This document shows positions 49,971 through 62,472 of a DNA stretch of 64,000 bases, one piece after another (position 1 is the stretch's first letter; each line of letters opens with the position of its first letter). Source of the DNA: Marsupella aquatica (Eukaryota > Plantae > Marchantiophyta); NCBI GenBank assembly GCA_973895155.1, contig OZ316895.1, positions 4,653,181-4,717,180 of the forward strand. Direction: 5' to 3'. Below the pieces are notes generated by a model. The model was not told the origin of the DNA, did no database searches, and saw only the letters and a program-made list of their open reading frames with translations. Made by a program: the position numbers and the translations under genes.

Positions 49971-50934
49971 ACAAAGCTCTGCCCTAAGAAGAATAGTGAA
50001 AGCTTAGGCCAATCATACCCAAAAAGCATCACTAGAGGAGAATGTGTAGGGTAACCCATTCCAGGAGTGGGTAGTGGGATGTCATCCCCAAGGGCGGTGA
50101 GGATGAATATAGGGCATAAGCCCCCAACTTAATGTTTGAAACATTCAGCTCACTTTTACACAGCATTTTTGGCATAGCTATTTGCAATTGTTTGCCACTT
50201 GCACCCACCTGTCAAAGTGTATTATCACTTAAATTTGAGGATCCCCAGGCCAGGCTATGGTCTTCCCCTTGACACAAAGCAAGGGCATTGTGTTCTAAAA
50301 TGAAATGTTTTGGGTCCCTTGACCAAAGGTACATTTGACCTCTAACACAATATCTTTTTAACACAACATCTGGGCATTGTGTTCAAATATTGGCTTTGTG
50401 TTTGAGTTTTGACCCTAAACTGTTCTATGTTGAGCACAAAAGATAAAAATTCATGAATCATATAACAATGTCAATATTTGAACACAATGTTCATTTTTGA
50501 ACATAAGACCCTGCAAGTACAAAAAACTAAAACAAACAAATACAACAACTTGCGTGCACTATTTGAATAGAGTGCCCCATAGCCCACTATTCAAATACAA
50601 GCCATGACCCTGTGTTGGGGGAAGAGGGCAGCACATGGGTTCCTTGGATTCACCTGGGGATAATATCTCTAAAACCTTAAGACATATTACCAATGGACTC
50701 ACCAAGAAGGGTAATGCCTCAAAGCTCTAAATAGATTATTAGCAAAGGAAAACTCACTAAAAGGTTTATTACAATATCTAATCACCCGCCTCCAGATGCC
50801 AAACCAGAGAGGTCCATAAAAACTGGGCGATGAGATAATCCAACGACTGCGCGCATGACAACTGGTGTGACGAACGTGCTACGACGGGCTCCGTATCTGT
50901 AGTGGTTGAAACCTTCAGTGGAAACTCGCCTTGG

Positions 50935-51510
50935 GCAGTGGGCACCCACCTGCTGCCCGCGGGCAAATCACCAAAGAAAACAAATCTGTGGGCGAAGGGA
51001 ATAAAACCGAGTTCAAAGACACTCGTTTCGGGCACTCCCTGCCCGGTGTCACAGAAAAACAAATCTGTCACTTGTCAATCGATGTGGGCTCCCCTGCGGC
51101 CCTGCCCAAATCCCCCTGTCAGTAAGAAAAACCTAACTCAAATATACTCGCTTTTTCGGGTCCCCTACCCGCGGGCAGAAAAAGAAATATGTCCGTCAAC
51201 TGGGAAGGGGAAACGCCCCGAGTCGGTTAGAGACTCACTTTGCCCCACCCATCTCCTGCCCGCGGGCAAAGAAACGTGTCAGTCGATTGGGAAAGAAAAA
51301 TAATTTCTCTATCGAATCGAATGGGGAAAAATCCAACCTTAGTCTTGGGGCACCCATCCAGTGCCCGCGGGCAGACGAAACGAACAAATTCTCAGTCGAT
51401 CGAATGGGAAAAACAAACCTCGTCTACGGGCAGCCATGTGCTGCCCGCGGGCAGATGAAACAAACAAATCTGCAGGTCGATGCCAAGGGAAAAAAACCCG
51501 AGTTTGAGAA
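50935..51510. repeat. Degenerate 80-105-nt repeat array built around the palindrome TGCCCGCGGGCA
   Basis: Palindrome at 50954, 51257, 51362 and 51442, with one mismatch at 51166 and a degenerate copy at about 51040. Copies are typically preceded by GGGCACCC-like and followed by AAACAAATCT/GTCGAT..GGGAAAAA-like words. Confidence 0.85.
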
Positions 51511-51949
51511 CTTGCTGATGCGAAACTAAACTGCTTCCATCTCCATGGGACGAAATTCATCAAGGAGCGAGATTGACTGAGAATGCAATTGTGGTCTTCT
51601 AGCGTTTTGATCGGATGCCAGAACGATCTCAATTTGGCTGATCGATTGCATGCAGCTCAATTGCGAACTCGAACAGAAGGAATGCTGCACCACTAGACTG
51701 TCACCGAATCTAAATTCTGGTCCGATTCCACAGGTTCTCAGGAATGCAACGAACATCGAGTTGACTCTGGAAAGCAAGCTGAAGAAGAGTTTTTGGGTCC
51801 CATCCCCTGCGTTTGGGACCCTTTTCTCATGGCTCTTCCTCTGACTGTCCTTTCTCACTTTTTCAATCAGTGGAAAAGTTGAAGAAGACGATGTCTCGAG
51901 TGGAGGAGGAGAAGGAAGTAACTGTAAAGAGTCGAGAGGACCGTTGACG

Positions 51950-52102
51950 ATGACGACGATGATGATGATCATACCGGCTGTGATGGCAGTGACGATGGCG
52001 GCGACAGGCTGCAGCTGCAGCTGCTGCTGCTCCTGCTCCTTCCGCAGCAGCATCTTCGGCATTGATCGATCGATCGATCCACAGTGCCTGCTCTCCGCTT
52101 GA
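51950..52102 (+). promoter_or_regulatory. Candidate peptide-encoding upstream ORF (50 aa, Cys-rich) ahead of ALMT
   Basis: ATG 51950 to TGA 52102 encodes MTTMMMIIPAVMAVTMAATGCSCSCCCSCSFRSSIFGIDRSIDPQCLLSA*. It ends 109 nt before the ALMT ATG. Its presence in the mature mRNA is not demonstrated. Confidence 0.5.
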
Positions 52103-52211
52103 TTCCCTATACCATTCATGTGCAGAATTTCGAGTTATATTAGCAATCCGGACTAGAGAGGAGAGGACAGGAGTGGAGAGGAGCTGCTGAATTTAGCTCA
52201 GCGAAGCAGCG

Positions 52212-55174
52212 ATGGCGGACCAGGGGACACTTCAAGACCCTTTGCTGGCAGAGCACCTCCACCAGCAGCAGACGCGAAGAGGAAGGACCGAGACGGTCGC
52301 GGGGAGAGTGTTGAACGCGTGCTCGGCGGCCGGGGGACGGAACTTTGATCGACAGAGGACGCTCGCGCGGCAGAAGAGCACGAAAGTTGGCCGAGAGCTG
52401 GAGGTTTCACGGAGCATTTTCTCGCGGCTGGCCTCCCCCTTCGTCCAGTTTCACGAGCGGTTCCTCCACGAGCTGGGTTCGCTCAACCTCCCGGCCAAGG
52501 CGGGCCTCTCGGCGTCGATATGCTCCATCCTCTGTTTCATCCCGGGCCCCTTGAGCGTCCTCAACAAGAACGGGATGTGGGCCGTGGTCACGGCCGATGT
52601 GGTCCTCGAGGCGAACGTTGGGCTCACCCTAAGCAAGGGCATCAATCGGACGCTGGGCACCCTCGCAGCTGCAGCACTGGCTCTGCTGGTGAATTTCCTG
52701 GCGCCAATGTGCGGCGAGTATGAACCCTATTTCGTGGTCTTCTGGGTGTTTTTCGGTGCTGCTCTAGCGACGATGTTCAAATTCAGACGCCCGTTCAAGG
52801 ATCGCTGGAACTATGCCGTCGCCATGTCGATGATCACGTTCCACATTCTGATTTTGTCCCAGTCGGAGTACAAGGACAAAATCAGGCTGCCCATGATCCG
52901 GCTCGTGACCATCGTCATTGGCTTTTTGACGGCGTCCTTGGTCAATTTGGCTGTCACTCCAAAGTATGCCGGGTCTGCGATTAATGAGCTCGTGGCCAAG
53001 AACTTCGAGAGGGCAGGCAATGTGATGGAGAGATGTGTGATCGCTTATCTGGAAGGGACGGTACTGGAGCAGGTGCCTGATATTCTTGCTGGCAAATCGG
53101 AAGATGATAATATCCACATGTCCTTCCACGAGATTGTCTCTGCAGATTCTGAAGTCGATAAGCTTGTAAGTATATATTCAGAATCTAGTACTGAGGTCTG
53201 GAATCTGTCTCCTGCCCAGTCTTAGCCGGTCCAATTATTGTGGCTGTTTCCCTAAGAATTATAAGTTGACTATCTCTACGGTTATGACTCATGCATTTTC
53301 CAAACCAGACTTTGAATGGTGATCTCGTGTAAAATTGCTCATGTCCTTTTAAACCAGGCTGGGAAACTTTTCTCAGAAGTGTGTGGACTAAGTTCTCTAT
53401 AAAGTAGGGTACTTGTAAGCCTTCTAGTGAGCCAACAAGTAGCGTTCGGATCTTAGTCTATTTTGCTTCTATCAATAACTTTAAGTCCCTGCATGTGGGT
53501 AGTTTCGCTGAGCCATCTAGTAACTTCACTGACCAGTGTTGCGAGTCACTCATTAAAATTTTGGACATTGCAAGAACTTACACAAATGACTGGCAGATGA
53601 AAGCAGTGCCTTTTGAGCCATGTCATGGGAAGTTCTTCTATGGTTATCCGTGGGATATGTATGAAGACATCACAGACAACCTTCGGTACACACTGTATGA
53701 CGTCGTAGCATTGGACTCGTGCTTGCGTGCTGAGATCCAAGCTCCCATGAATCTTCGCCATGTTTTTGAGGATGAAATTCGATGCATTGGCAAAGAATGT
53801 GCCCAGTAAGCTCCTCTCAATCTCTACCAACCTCTCTGACACTCCAGTGTTTCCTCTCTTGATCTCTTTCATTGTTAGGGAGGCATTACGGCGTGGGTGT
53901 TCGGATTTGTGTCGATCTCCTTCAATTGCAGAAGAGTGTTTGAATGTTCAACAACTCACGACGGATTGCTTGTCTTGCCATTCTGTCTCTTCACCGGTAT
54001 ACGTTAACTTGGCCATGCATTCATACGTTAACTTGGCCATGCATTCAGAAAACTCAATGTGAATTTATCGCTACCAATGCTGATCCAAAGGTCATTGTTA
54101 ATTATGCAGGGTGTTCCGTCTGCTTGGCGGGAGCATAAGGGAAATGCGACATGTGCACTCACTCCGTCCGATGCAGCAAGCAGAAGAAGGTGCATTGCTG
54201 CTTCAACACAAAATTGCCAAGTATACTGCTACCCTACTTGGCGGTATTAATGTTGACAAAGAGGGGAAGGATCAGGATGCGGACAAACCGAGAGACCCCT
54301 ATGAAGAAAATGTTAGCATTTCCTTTCAAGAGGCCTTTGACGACCCTGGTTTTCAGCAAGAGGGTGACTATCAAGAGTATGTAGAGCTTTCATACTCCTT
54401 GTCATTTCATGTGAGGATGTGTTGGAGATACTCACTTTGTTATCCTTAAATATGACACTGATTAGTCAAGAGGCATGTTCTACATCTCCTCTTTTGTACA
54501 TGAACCTGATGATAAGAAAGAATGTTTCGAGGTAGTAAACTGACAATAGCTACGCTTCGACGTCTGGGGTTTCTGTGCTGTGCAACGTTTTGACTAGGGA
54601 GGCTTGTTCAAAGGTCATTGGGCCAACTGAGCGGCGTCTTTGAATGCACCAGCCTGCAATCCTGACATCCTCTTGCAATATTGAACCTGACAACTCGCTG
54701 TTGTTCTTTATGAATAGTTTGACACGATTGTTGGGTTTAACTTTACCAGTTTCCCTTTAGAATCCTGCTTAGATTGATGCCATGAGTAGGTTGTGAAGCA
54801 TGTTTTCCACCATATAGTGGATTTTTGAAGTGCAATGTGTAATCTCTCTTTGTACGTGGTTTGGTTTCCTCAGGCCTCCTATAGGTCGCTCAGAGAGCAC
54901 CAGATCCACTGACAGCAGACGCCCACACTTATCAGATGGACATGAAGACTTTTTGCAGAGACGAGAGTCACTGGGTCGCCACTGGGATACCACAGTCCAG
55001 AGAATATCAGCTCTCTCTCTTATTAAGTTTGCCTCCTTACTCATAGAACTAGTTGCCAAGGCAAAGTATGTAGTCACTATTGTCGATGAGCTGGAACACA
55101 AGGCCCGTTTCACAGACGATGAGGAGGGCAGCTTTGGGAACAACGCCCCTAAGCCAGGAAATCAGAACGTCTGA
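52212..55174 (+). CDS. ALMT: Aluminium-activated malate transporter family anion channel
   Basis: Exons 52212-53165, 53597-53805, 54110-54376 and 54874-55174 (phases 0, 2, 2 consistent). Motifs KAGLS, WAVVTADVVLEANVGLTLSKGINRTLGT, FEPCHG..YGYPW..Y (WEP-like) and ALSLIKFASLLIELVAK...VDEL...ARF. Confidence 0.94.
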
Positions 55175-56985
55175 TGAGTTACTCACAGGGACGGCGAATT
55201 GACTTTGTTGGCGATGGTGGCAGCTTTAAATTAACATTTGAAAATCTGTCTCACTTGTAGAAAATGTATGTACAAGTAGTGGGCCTAAGTTCACGAAACT
55301 CGTGAACTCTTCCCCCGTGTATAGCGACATGTCTTTCAAAATCTTTCAGGGTGCGGGCCTGTTTGTGTTCTGAGGTCTACTGCAGAACGTGAAAACCCTT
55401 AGAAATCTCTGGGCCAGACAGTCATGTGAACTTAGCAGAAAGTTCAGTTAGTGTAGTTTACAAGCTGAGCTCATCTTCGATATGACTTAGGTGACGTCAG
55501 CTTTCAGCGTCCACATCTTGATAGAAAAACTGAGGATAAGTCACCTGTTTTACGCCAAATTGTTCATTCTTCCTTGGTATGCAGCAACAGATTTGGCTTT
55601 AGATAGTGAGCCAACGTGAAAATATTTTTCTCCGGATCTGTAGATATATAACTGCTACACACATGCCAGGATCCAAAGCTGATCTCTACGTGTTTGACAC
55701 ATGATCTTCTGGGCCCTGTTCTGGTGTCCAAAGTTCGTCCGAGCATGGTGTCTGATGTCTATCTTTGTTTTCTAGCTCTCGCATAGCTCAAGAAATAGTT
55801 ATAGATGACTAACTTTAACCAATATAACCAATATACTTGTCTTTTAGAACGCCCATGCAACTAACGACCCAGCTCTCTAACTATGTCGGGATCAAGTAGG
55901 TTGATTCGCAGTGACATCCGAGGGGCCATTTTTCTTTGTGTAGTTTAGATAGAGGGTTGTAGATTCGTGGCTGGATCAAGTTGGTTGGAGTTGCAGGGAC
56001 ATCAAATAACCCATATTTCTTTGTGAAGTTTGGATGGAAAAGTAGAGTTGGGCCACGTCCAGGACCGTATACATTCTGCTCTCCAGAACTGATTAGTAGT
56101 GTTTTGGATTGTCAATTGCCAGTACGAGTGGCATGCAGTCCTAGCTACTTCTTGGCAAGTCCAGTGGTGTTGCTGGACTGCGCAGCAGCCATTCCAGGAA
56201 TAGGAAGGCGACCACTCTTTTTTAGACGTAGGAAGAGACATGGTGACGGAAAATTTGGTACTAGCTTTGAATGTCAAGTAACCTGGTTTCTGCTCGTCCA
56301 GGAATAGGGAGGCCACACTGTTCCTAGACACACGTAGAGACATTGGACAAAGAAATTCGGTGCCAGCTTTCAATGTGAAGTAAACCTCGTTTGTGCGCAC
56401 TGAAGACTGCTTTGGGCCACCAGTTTTTGTTTACTCTATCTTGAGAGACGTAGCTGCATAAGGCTAATCGTACCAATTCAGTGCACTATTGGTCTGCTGG
56501 TCACTCCATTTCACAAGAGGTATTTGGATTAAAGCTCTGATGGAGCCGGATAGACTACAGTTTATATCAGAATTTGTGCAGGCACTGGGGCCACATGTAC
56601 TTGGGATGCATTAACTATAAGTCTCTAAGATTGTGAGCTTTGTGGAAACGTCTCCAAGAAAACTTCAACCGGATCCATTTAAACAATTAGAAATCTGTCT
56701 GTGGGACACAATTCTTCATGAGCCCAGGTGAAGGGAATGACCACCCCAATGTCATTAAACTGAATATTGATCGTTATGATGTGTTCTAACAATTGTGTAT
56801 CTAACAATTGTGGAACCGAAGCTGCCGAAACCGAAACCGAACCATAATATAGACTACACCCTTCGTGGCTATCAGTATTAGTATTGAGTTAGTGTGAGTG
56901 GGAAGTTTGTGATACTAACAATAAGAGGAATTAGCGTGAGTGAGAGATTAGTCTTACTGACAATAAGAGGGGGATATGGCTTGGG

Positions 56986-57314
56986 GACCCTCATTCATTC
57001 ATGCTAGGGCCAAGAATTTTCATGCAGAACCCGAGGCATCCACTACTTTCCATTGGGTGAAAAATAATAATTGCTAGACATTGCATGTAAAGGGCTTTTT
57101 TAGGTGACTAACTCATTGGTGTAGCCTAAAACTTGCTTCACCAGAATTAGTGTGACCCTCATTCATGCTACGAAGGCCAAGAATTTTCATGCAGTGAGGC
57201 ATGCCCCTTCTTTCCATTGGGTGAAAAACAATAGTTAAACATGCATGTAAAGTGTTTTTTTGGGTGACCAATTCACTAGTGTAGCCTAAAATTTGCTTCA
57301 CCAGAGTTAGTGTG
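56986..57314. repeat. Diverged tandem duplication, about 168 nt x2
   Basis: GACCCTCATTCA...GGCCAAGAATTTTCATGCAG...GTGTAGCCTAAAA.TTGCTTCACCAGA.TTAGTGTG at 56986 and 57154. Confidence 0.92.
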
Positions 57315-57839
57315 TGTAACACTAATTGCCATGAACAGTGTAGCAAAGCTCAGATGGACTTGCACTTAACATCGAAATATGATTGGCTAACATCCATTGC
57401 ACTTCAACCCACTAGTGACCTGCAAATGGCCAGGAGACCGTTTAGTGCCCATTTTTGCTGGTATGTTCTGTAGTATGAGGGGTTGACCAACGTTGAATCT
57501 ACCAAACTGCTTAACACCTTGTGCAGCAGAACTGCCCGTTAGCTCTGTTGTTGTCTAGATGGGTAAAACTGCCAATTGAATTCCGCCATGAAGAGGGGGA
57601 AATTAAACCAAAAACCAAAACCCTTTCCTCTCCCACGTCTTTCCTCACCAAAGACCTTCTGGACATTCTGGACATTGGGTTCTGCAATACAACCTTGCAA
57701 CTCAAAAAGAAAATTTGGGTTTGCTCCATCTCTTTTCATTACACAGGTCGGATTTTTCACCATAGTGAGTATGCTGCATAATTTATGTCATATTAAGACC
57801 TGATATCCGTTTGGTCAGTGTTTGCAGGACCGCATACTC

Positions 57840-58470
57840 CACATGGACAATGGTATGTCACATTGGGTGTCACATTCGCAATGGGCCTAAATGCACCTCT
57901 TTCCTTGCAGATGGCAAGTTAACTTGAGTGAACTACTGTGGCGAAATCCCCAAGTTGCATCAAAATGGCAGCCCTGAACTTGTTTGGGTGATGAGCAGGG
58001 ACAACATCTCAGTCCATCCAAGCTTTAGGGTGGTTTTCCAAGACGTCTCTGGCCCATTGCTTCTTTCTATTCTTCTGAGAATAAATCTGGATTATATAAT
58101 GAGTGGAAAAGGCTGCAATTGACTTTACAAACACTCCAACTCCCATTCACTGTACCTATCCTACATGGCAAGCAATGGGCCTAAGTAACTGTAGATGAGT
58201 AATGCTTATATTGTCTACAATTTGAGACCACCTCCAGAGGTGGTCCAAACATTTCCAGCCTTTGGCTCCCTGATGCAAGGGATTTGCATGTATGAACTCT
58301 AGGGATTTTAGCCTGGAGTCTATCTTTACAACCGAGGTGGCCCACCAGTTTGCTTGGGTGAAAGACAATCACAAATGCCTTCAACATCTTGTGAAGACAT
58401 CCTCGGTTTCTAAAACAGTCAGTGCTTTGCTTAACCAAAATAAATAAATTCAGAGAGTGTAAGTGAATTC
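57840..58470 (-). mobile_element. Possible degraded LINE ORF2 C-terminal remnant
   Basis: Minus peptide NWWATSVVKI...ANPLHQGAKGWKCLDHLW recalls the G-x-x-x-L-x-x-LW segment of plant L1 ORF2. It is heavily interrupted. Confidence 0.3.
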
Positions 58471-61400
58471 ACTGTCAAAGGCAATCTTTTAAAGACGTCT
58501 TCAAAACTGGCTCCTGATTGGATTGGCAATTACAGAAAATACAAAAATATTTAGGTGGAATGAGATAGTGTGACCACTTTTACCTGATTTTATTATGACT
58601 ATCAATCAAAAATAATAATATATCTATTCCTCTAGCTGTTCAATAACGTATAACTTGGGAACTGTAGTGATTTATTTTGACAACTTTGGTGTTGCCTCGT
58701 TTACACAAAGAACCTTCAGTATTTAGGTCAAGTTAGCCCTGGGCACACCTCACGTGTGGGCTGAACGGTCCATATGCAATCACCCTAAGTATGCCACAGT
58801 GAGAGTAAAGGTCATCAATCAAAAGCGAGAAAATACAAGACACACAAATAATATTAAGGCTTCACAGAGTTGGTAACAAACGACCATTAAGAGCCAAGAG
58901 GTACATGCCAAATTCAAATTTCTGCATCCCATGGGACCCATACAAGAACGAAAGAAAGGGAGAAAACCCAAAAAAATGACTTGTTAAAGTTGGCACAAAA
59001 GTAATAAGCCACAGCAAAAGTGGTTCTCGTTTCCTCTGATTTATATCGATCCTCGTGCATACGGTTATCACTGTATGGGAATTTTTCGATTGGCGCCTCT
59101 AAGTACTCTACAGTACATATATTCTATCTGCAGATCCCAATACTCGAGGAGGAATTCCTTCCAACTTTGGAAACTTTTGGATAATCTTTATATTGTAAGG
59201 GTTCATTGAGGGAATCCTATCCCCCCAAATTACTAATTTTCCCCCAGATTACTATAATTACTAGGTTGAACCAAATGACGAGGCTCCATGTGTCCCTACA
59301 GCAATTACATGTCATCAAGAGTTACTTAGTCCAATGAGTTAAGCCAATCCACATATAAAATGGGGGATAGCCTGATAATTAAATTAGTTTGAGGGCAGGT
59401 TAATAATTCTGACTAGTTTGAGTGGTTGAGCAAAGTTGAAGCTCACTATAAGGATAGCTCCAAGTGATTTGTGGTGAACAAAAAAAAAACATTAAATATA
59501 GAAGGAGATTCTGAATGTCAAGGTAAGCACCTAAAAAGACTTTTGGAAGCATAAAGTGGGGATATTGAGAATGGAGTAATCTTTAGAAATTCAAAACTCT
59601 TTGAATATTTCATGAAAACTAGAGATACTAGACTGGTTGGTCAAATCTTTCCAAGCAGCTTCAAATGAGCCCAAGCAGAGGTAACTCCGTTGGCTAGGAA
59701 GGGAGATATTGAAGGCCAGACTGTGCTCCCAACTGTGCTGTTGAAAACGGGGTTGAAAATGGCTTTGAAATGGAAAGAGTCTTAATGAGTGAAGGTGTAA
59801 TAGGTGTCACAGTCCATGGCAGTTGCATGTTCATGGGTTCAATCCATGGGAGCATCATCTAAGTCACTGAGCTTAATACTAGGGTACAATCTTGGGGGCA
59901 AACTAAACAACCCAAACCTTTGCATGTGATATATGGCCCTCCATAGAGTGACCACCCTCCCCCAACCCTCAAAAAAATGGACTGCAGTAAACCAAAAAAG
60001 TTATTGAAATTGGATATTGGATACAATTCTCATGGGTTTATTTTAAGTTTTGGGGAAATTGAAGCAAACCTTCCATCTTTTTGTCTTGGTGAGGCACATA
60101 GACTTTAACACAGTACAGTCAGGATAGGTTTGCCTAGCCCTTCCCAAAGTTTGCCACTCCTAAACACTTCGGGTTTGGGGGGAAATCAGACTGCTTCTCT
60201 ACCCCGACATTGGGCAAGCTAGCTAGCTATTCCCATTCGTCATGTCCTCTATTAGTCTAGGTGAGGATTTGGGCCAGAGTTGTGAGGACAGTTTGACCAA
60301 GCCTATTGTCTGAATGAAGTAACCCCCCAAATTTAGAAGCTCACTGTGTCTTCTACCATAGCAAGAAAACTACAGGGTGGGGACTTATATATTATACCTT
60401 CTAAATTTCTTTCGATGCCTTTTAGGGTCATCTACTTTAAGTTGTGAACGAGGCACAACTGAGATATGACAGCTCGAAGCAAGTGATATTTTGTGGCTTA
60501 CTTCATATGATAAATAAAGTTTGATCTTGTCACATTTATAATTCAAATCTTGGCCTTGCGGTTGCCCAGTTCCTTGGTTACATAAGTTAGTGCTATTTTT
60601 TTAATGCTAATTCAAATTTAAATGTGGTGTGAACGATGTCCTTTATTTTAAAGGAAATCTTTTAAGAGGTTTCAAGCTACCAGCCTCAAGAGGAAGAGAA
60701 TGATTCGACCGTGGCTGTGCCGGGGTTGGTTTTGGAGTTTTGGGTTTCCCTGTTTTATTTGAAGAAAAAATGGGAGATTGACATTGTTTAGCTAGTTTCC
60801 TCTATAAGACCAAAAAAATGGACAAGGCATAGTTGCACTAGGGTCTTCCCTTCAACAAAAGTCCTGGGGTGCATTCTACTCATCCAATTAGGCGCTTTGT
60901 ATGTGACTTTTGAACAATAAATGTTGGCAAGGAACCCCTGATAGGGCCTTGCATTATTTTGAGAAAGTTCTTTCTAATTGAGTCAACGCAAGGTTTGTCT
61001 CGTTGGATCGAAGATAATGATTGCATGTTCAAACACAAATTGTGCTGAATCACTTATGACAAATCAATGTTTTAGGTGATGAGCTTTGACGTGACTCAAC
61101 TAAGACCTGAGTGATCAACAACTGCTTTACAATCATGGCGTTGAATCGTCTCTTAGAGGGGTTCATCTTTTCCTTGTCTTTTTGTTGACTGGCCAATTGC
61201 GAGAAACTAGGTTGATGTTTCTCAGTAACTTATAAGCAAGGTTTGAGGTGCAAACTGCAAAGCATAAGATAAACGGGGAAAAAAAAGTAAAGGTCGCTAT
61301 AATTAGAGTATTTTGATGGCGAAAAGATTTATGAAGCTGGTTGGAGCACATCTTTGCAAAGTGGTGCCCACACAACCTCACATCACCTGGGACCCCCAAA

Positions 61401-62257
61401 AATCACTCTGATGAAGCACTGCGAAGGTAGACATTTATGCAAAATGGACGTTTGGAGCCCATGACTGCCAACTATCATCACCGACCAATCTTTTAGATTC
61501 GTGCCTAACCTTTCCTTTTGCAAAGCAGACTGGGCAGCAAGCTTGCTTTACTTCATCATCTCCACATGTAACCTCGTACCACTCTATCGCTACCTAAGCA
61601 AGCCCATTACATTAGTCACCACCCATAAACCTGTACACTGGCAAGAAAACTCTGTTGCCCTTTTATTCACATCCCAGCTGACCACAACCAATCATACCAT
61701 CTGGATTTTACGTTTATAATTGTATTTTTGTAGACTAGCCCTAGTACCCACCATATGCATAGCATGGACTCCCCATGCCAAGACTCCCCATGCCCGACCC
61801 TATTCACAAGTGTGGTCTAATTAATCCGTGGACCCCCATGTTATTTTAGAGATAGTTATCTAGAAACCGAAGCCTCGATGGACCTCCAAATCAAAAGAAA
61901 AAAAATTCAAAAATGGACAAGTCAATGTTTGACACTAGAAACAGTTGCCAAACTTACCAAGGCAACCATAATTAACATCAATGATCGCAAAACCAGCTGC
62001 ATTGTGAACTACTATTTAATGTGTGGGCAGCTTAATTGCCCACTTCAGCAAAACAGTGCTTGACGGGTTCCTCCACGGTATCGAAGGGATGCTGGATGCA
62101 CTCAAGCTGCATCAAAAGTAATCACTTTCAATTCCGACACGTAGATAGACGAAGAGAGAGAAGTCATCGGTGTCATCAAATCAATAACTTTGCATAATCA
62201 TTTAAGACAAAAAGTTGCATGGAAACAAATCTTCAATTGTGGAATTTGGAATAGATC

Positions 62258-62472
62258 GAAAGCTAGAGAAAGTTAGAAACTCATGACCATTTTAGTACTT
62301 GATAAAATCTCTCAATGTTACACTCATTGGAAAGCTAAAGATCATTGGAAACTTATAATCTACTTAGAACTCAACTAAATCTATCAATGTTAAGTTCATT
62401 AAAAAGCTAAAGAAATTCTAAAATTCATAATCTCCTTAGTACTCGATAAAATCTGTCAATTTTAGGTTCATT
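62258..62472. repeat. Degenerate tandem repeat, about 72-nt unit x2.5-3
   Basis: TTAG(T/A)ACT..(T)AAATCT.TCAAT.TTA..TCATT...AAGCTAAAG recurs. Confidence 0.7.

Noticed and set aside
50935-51510. Palindromic repeat array as CRISPR
   Set aside because: The conserved core is only 12 nt, and the intervening sequences are related to one another rather than unique spacers.
51526-52119. 197-aa minus-strand ORF with polyQ/polyI
   Set aside because: It is a low-complexity antisense reading of the trinucleotide-rich ALMT leader, with no domain features.
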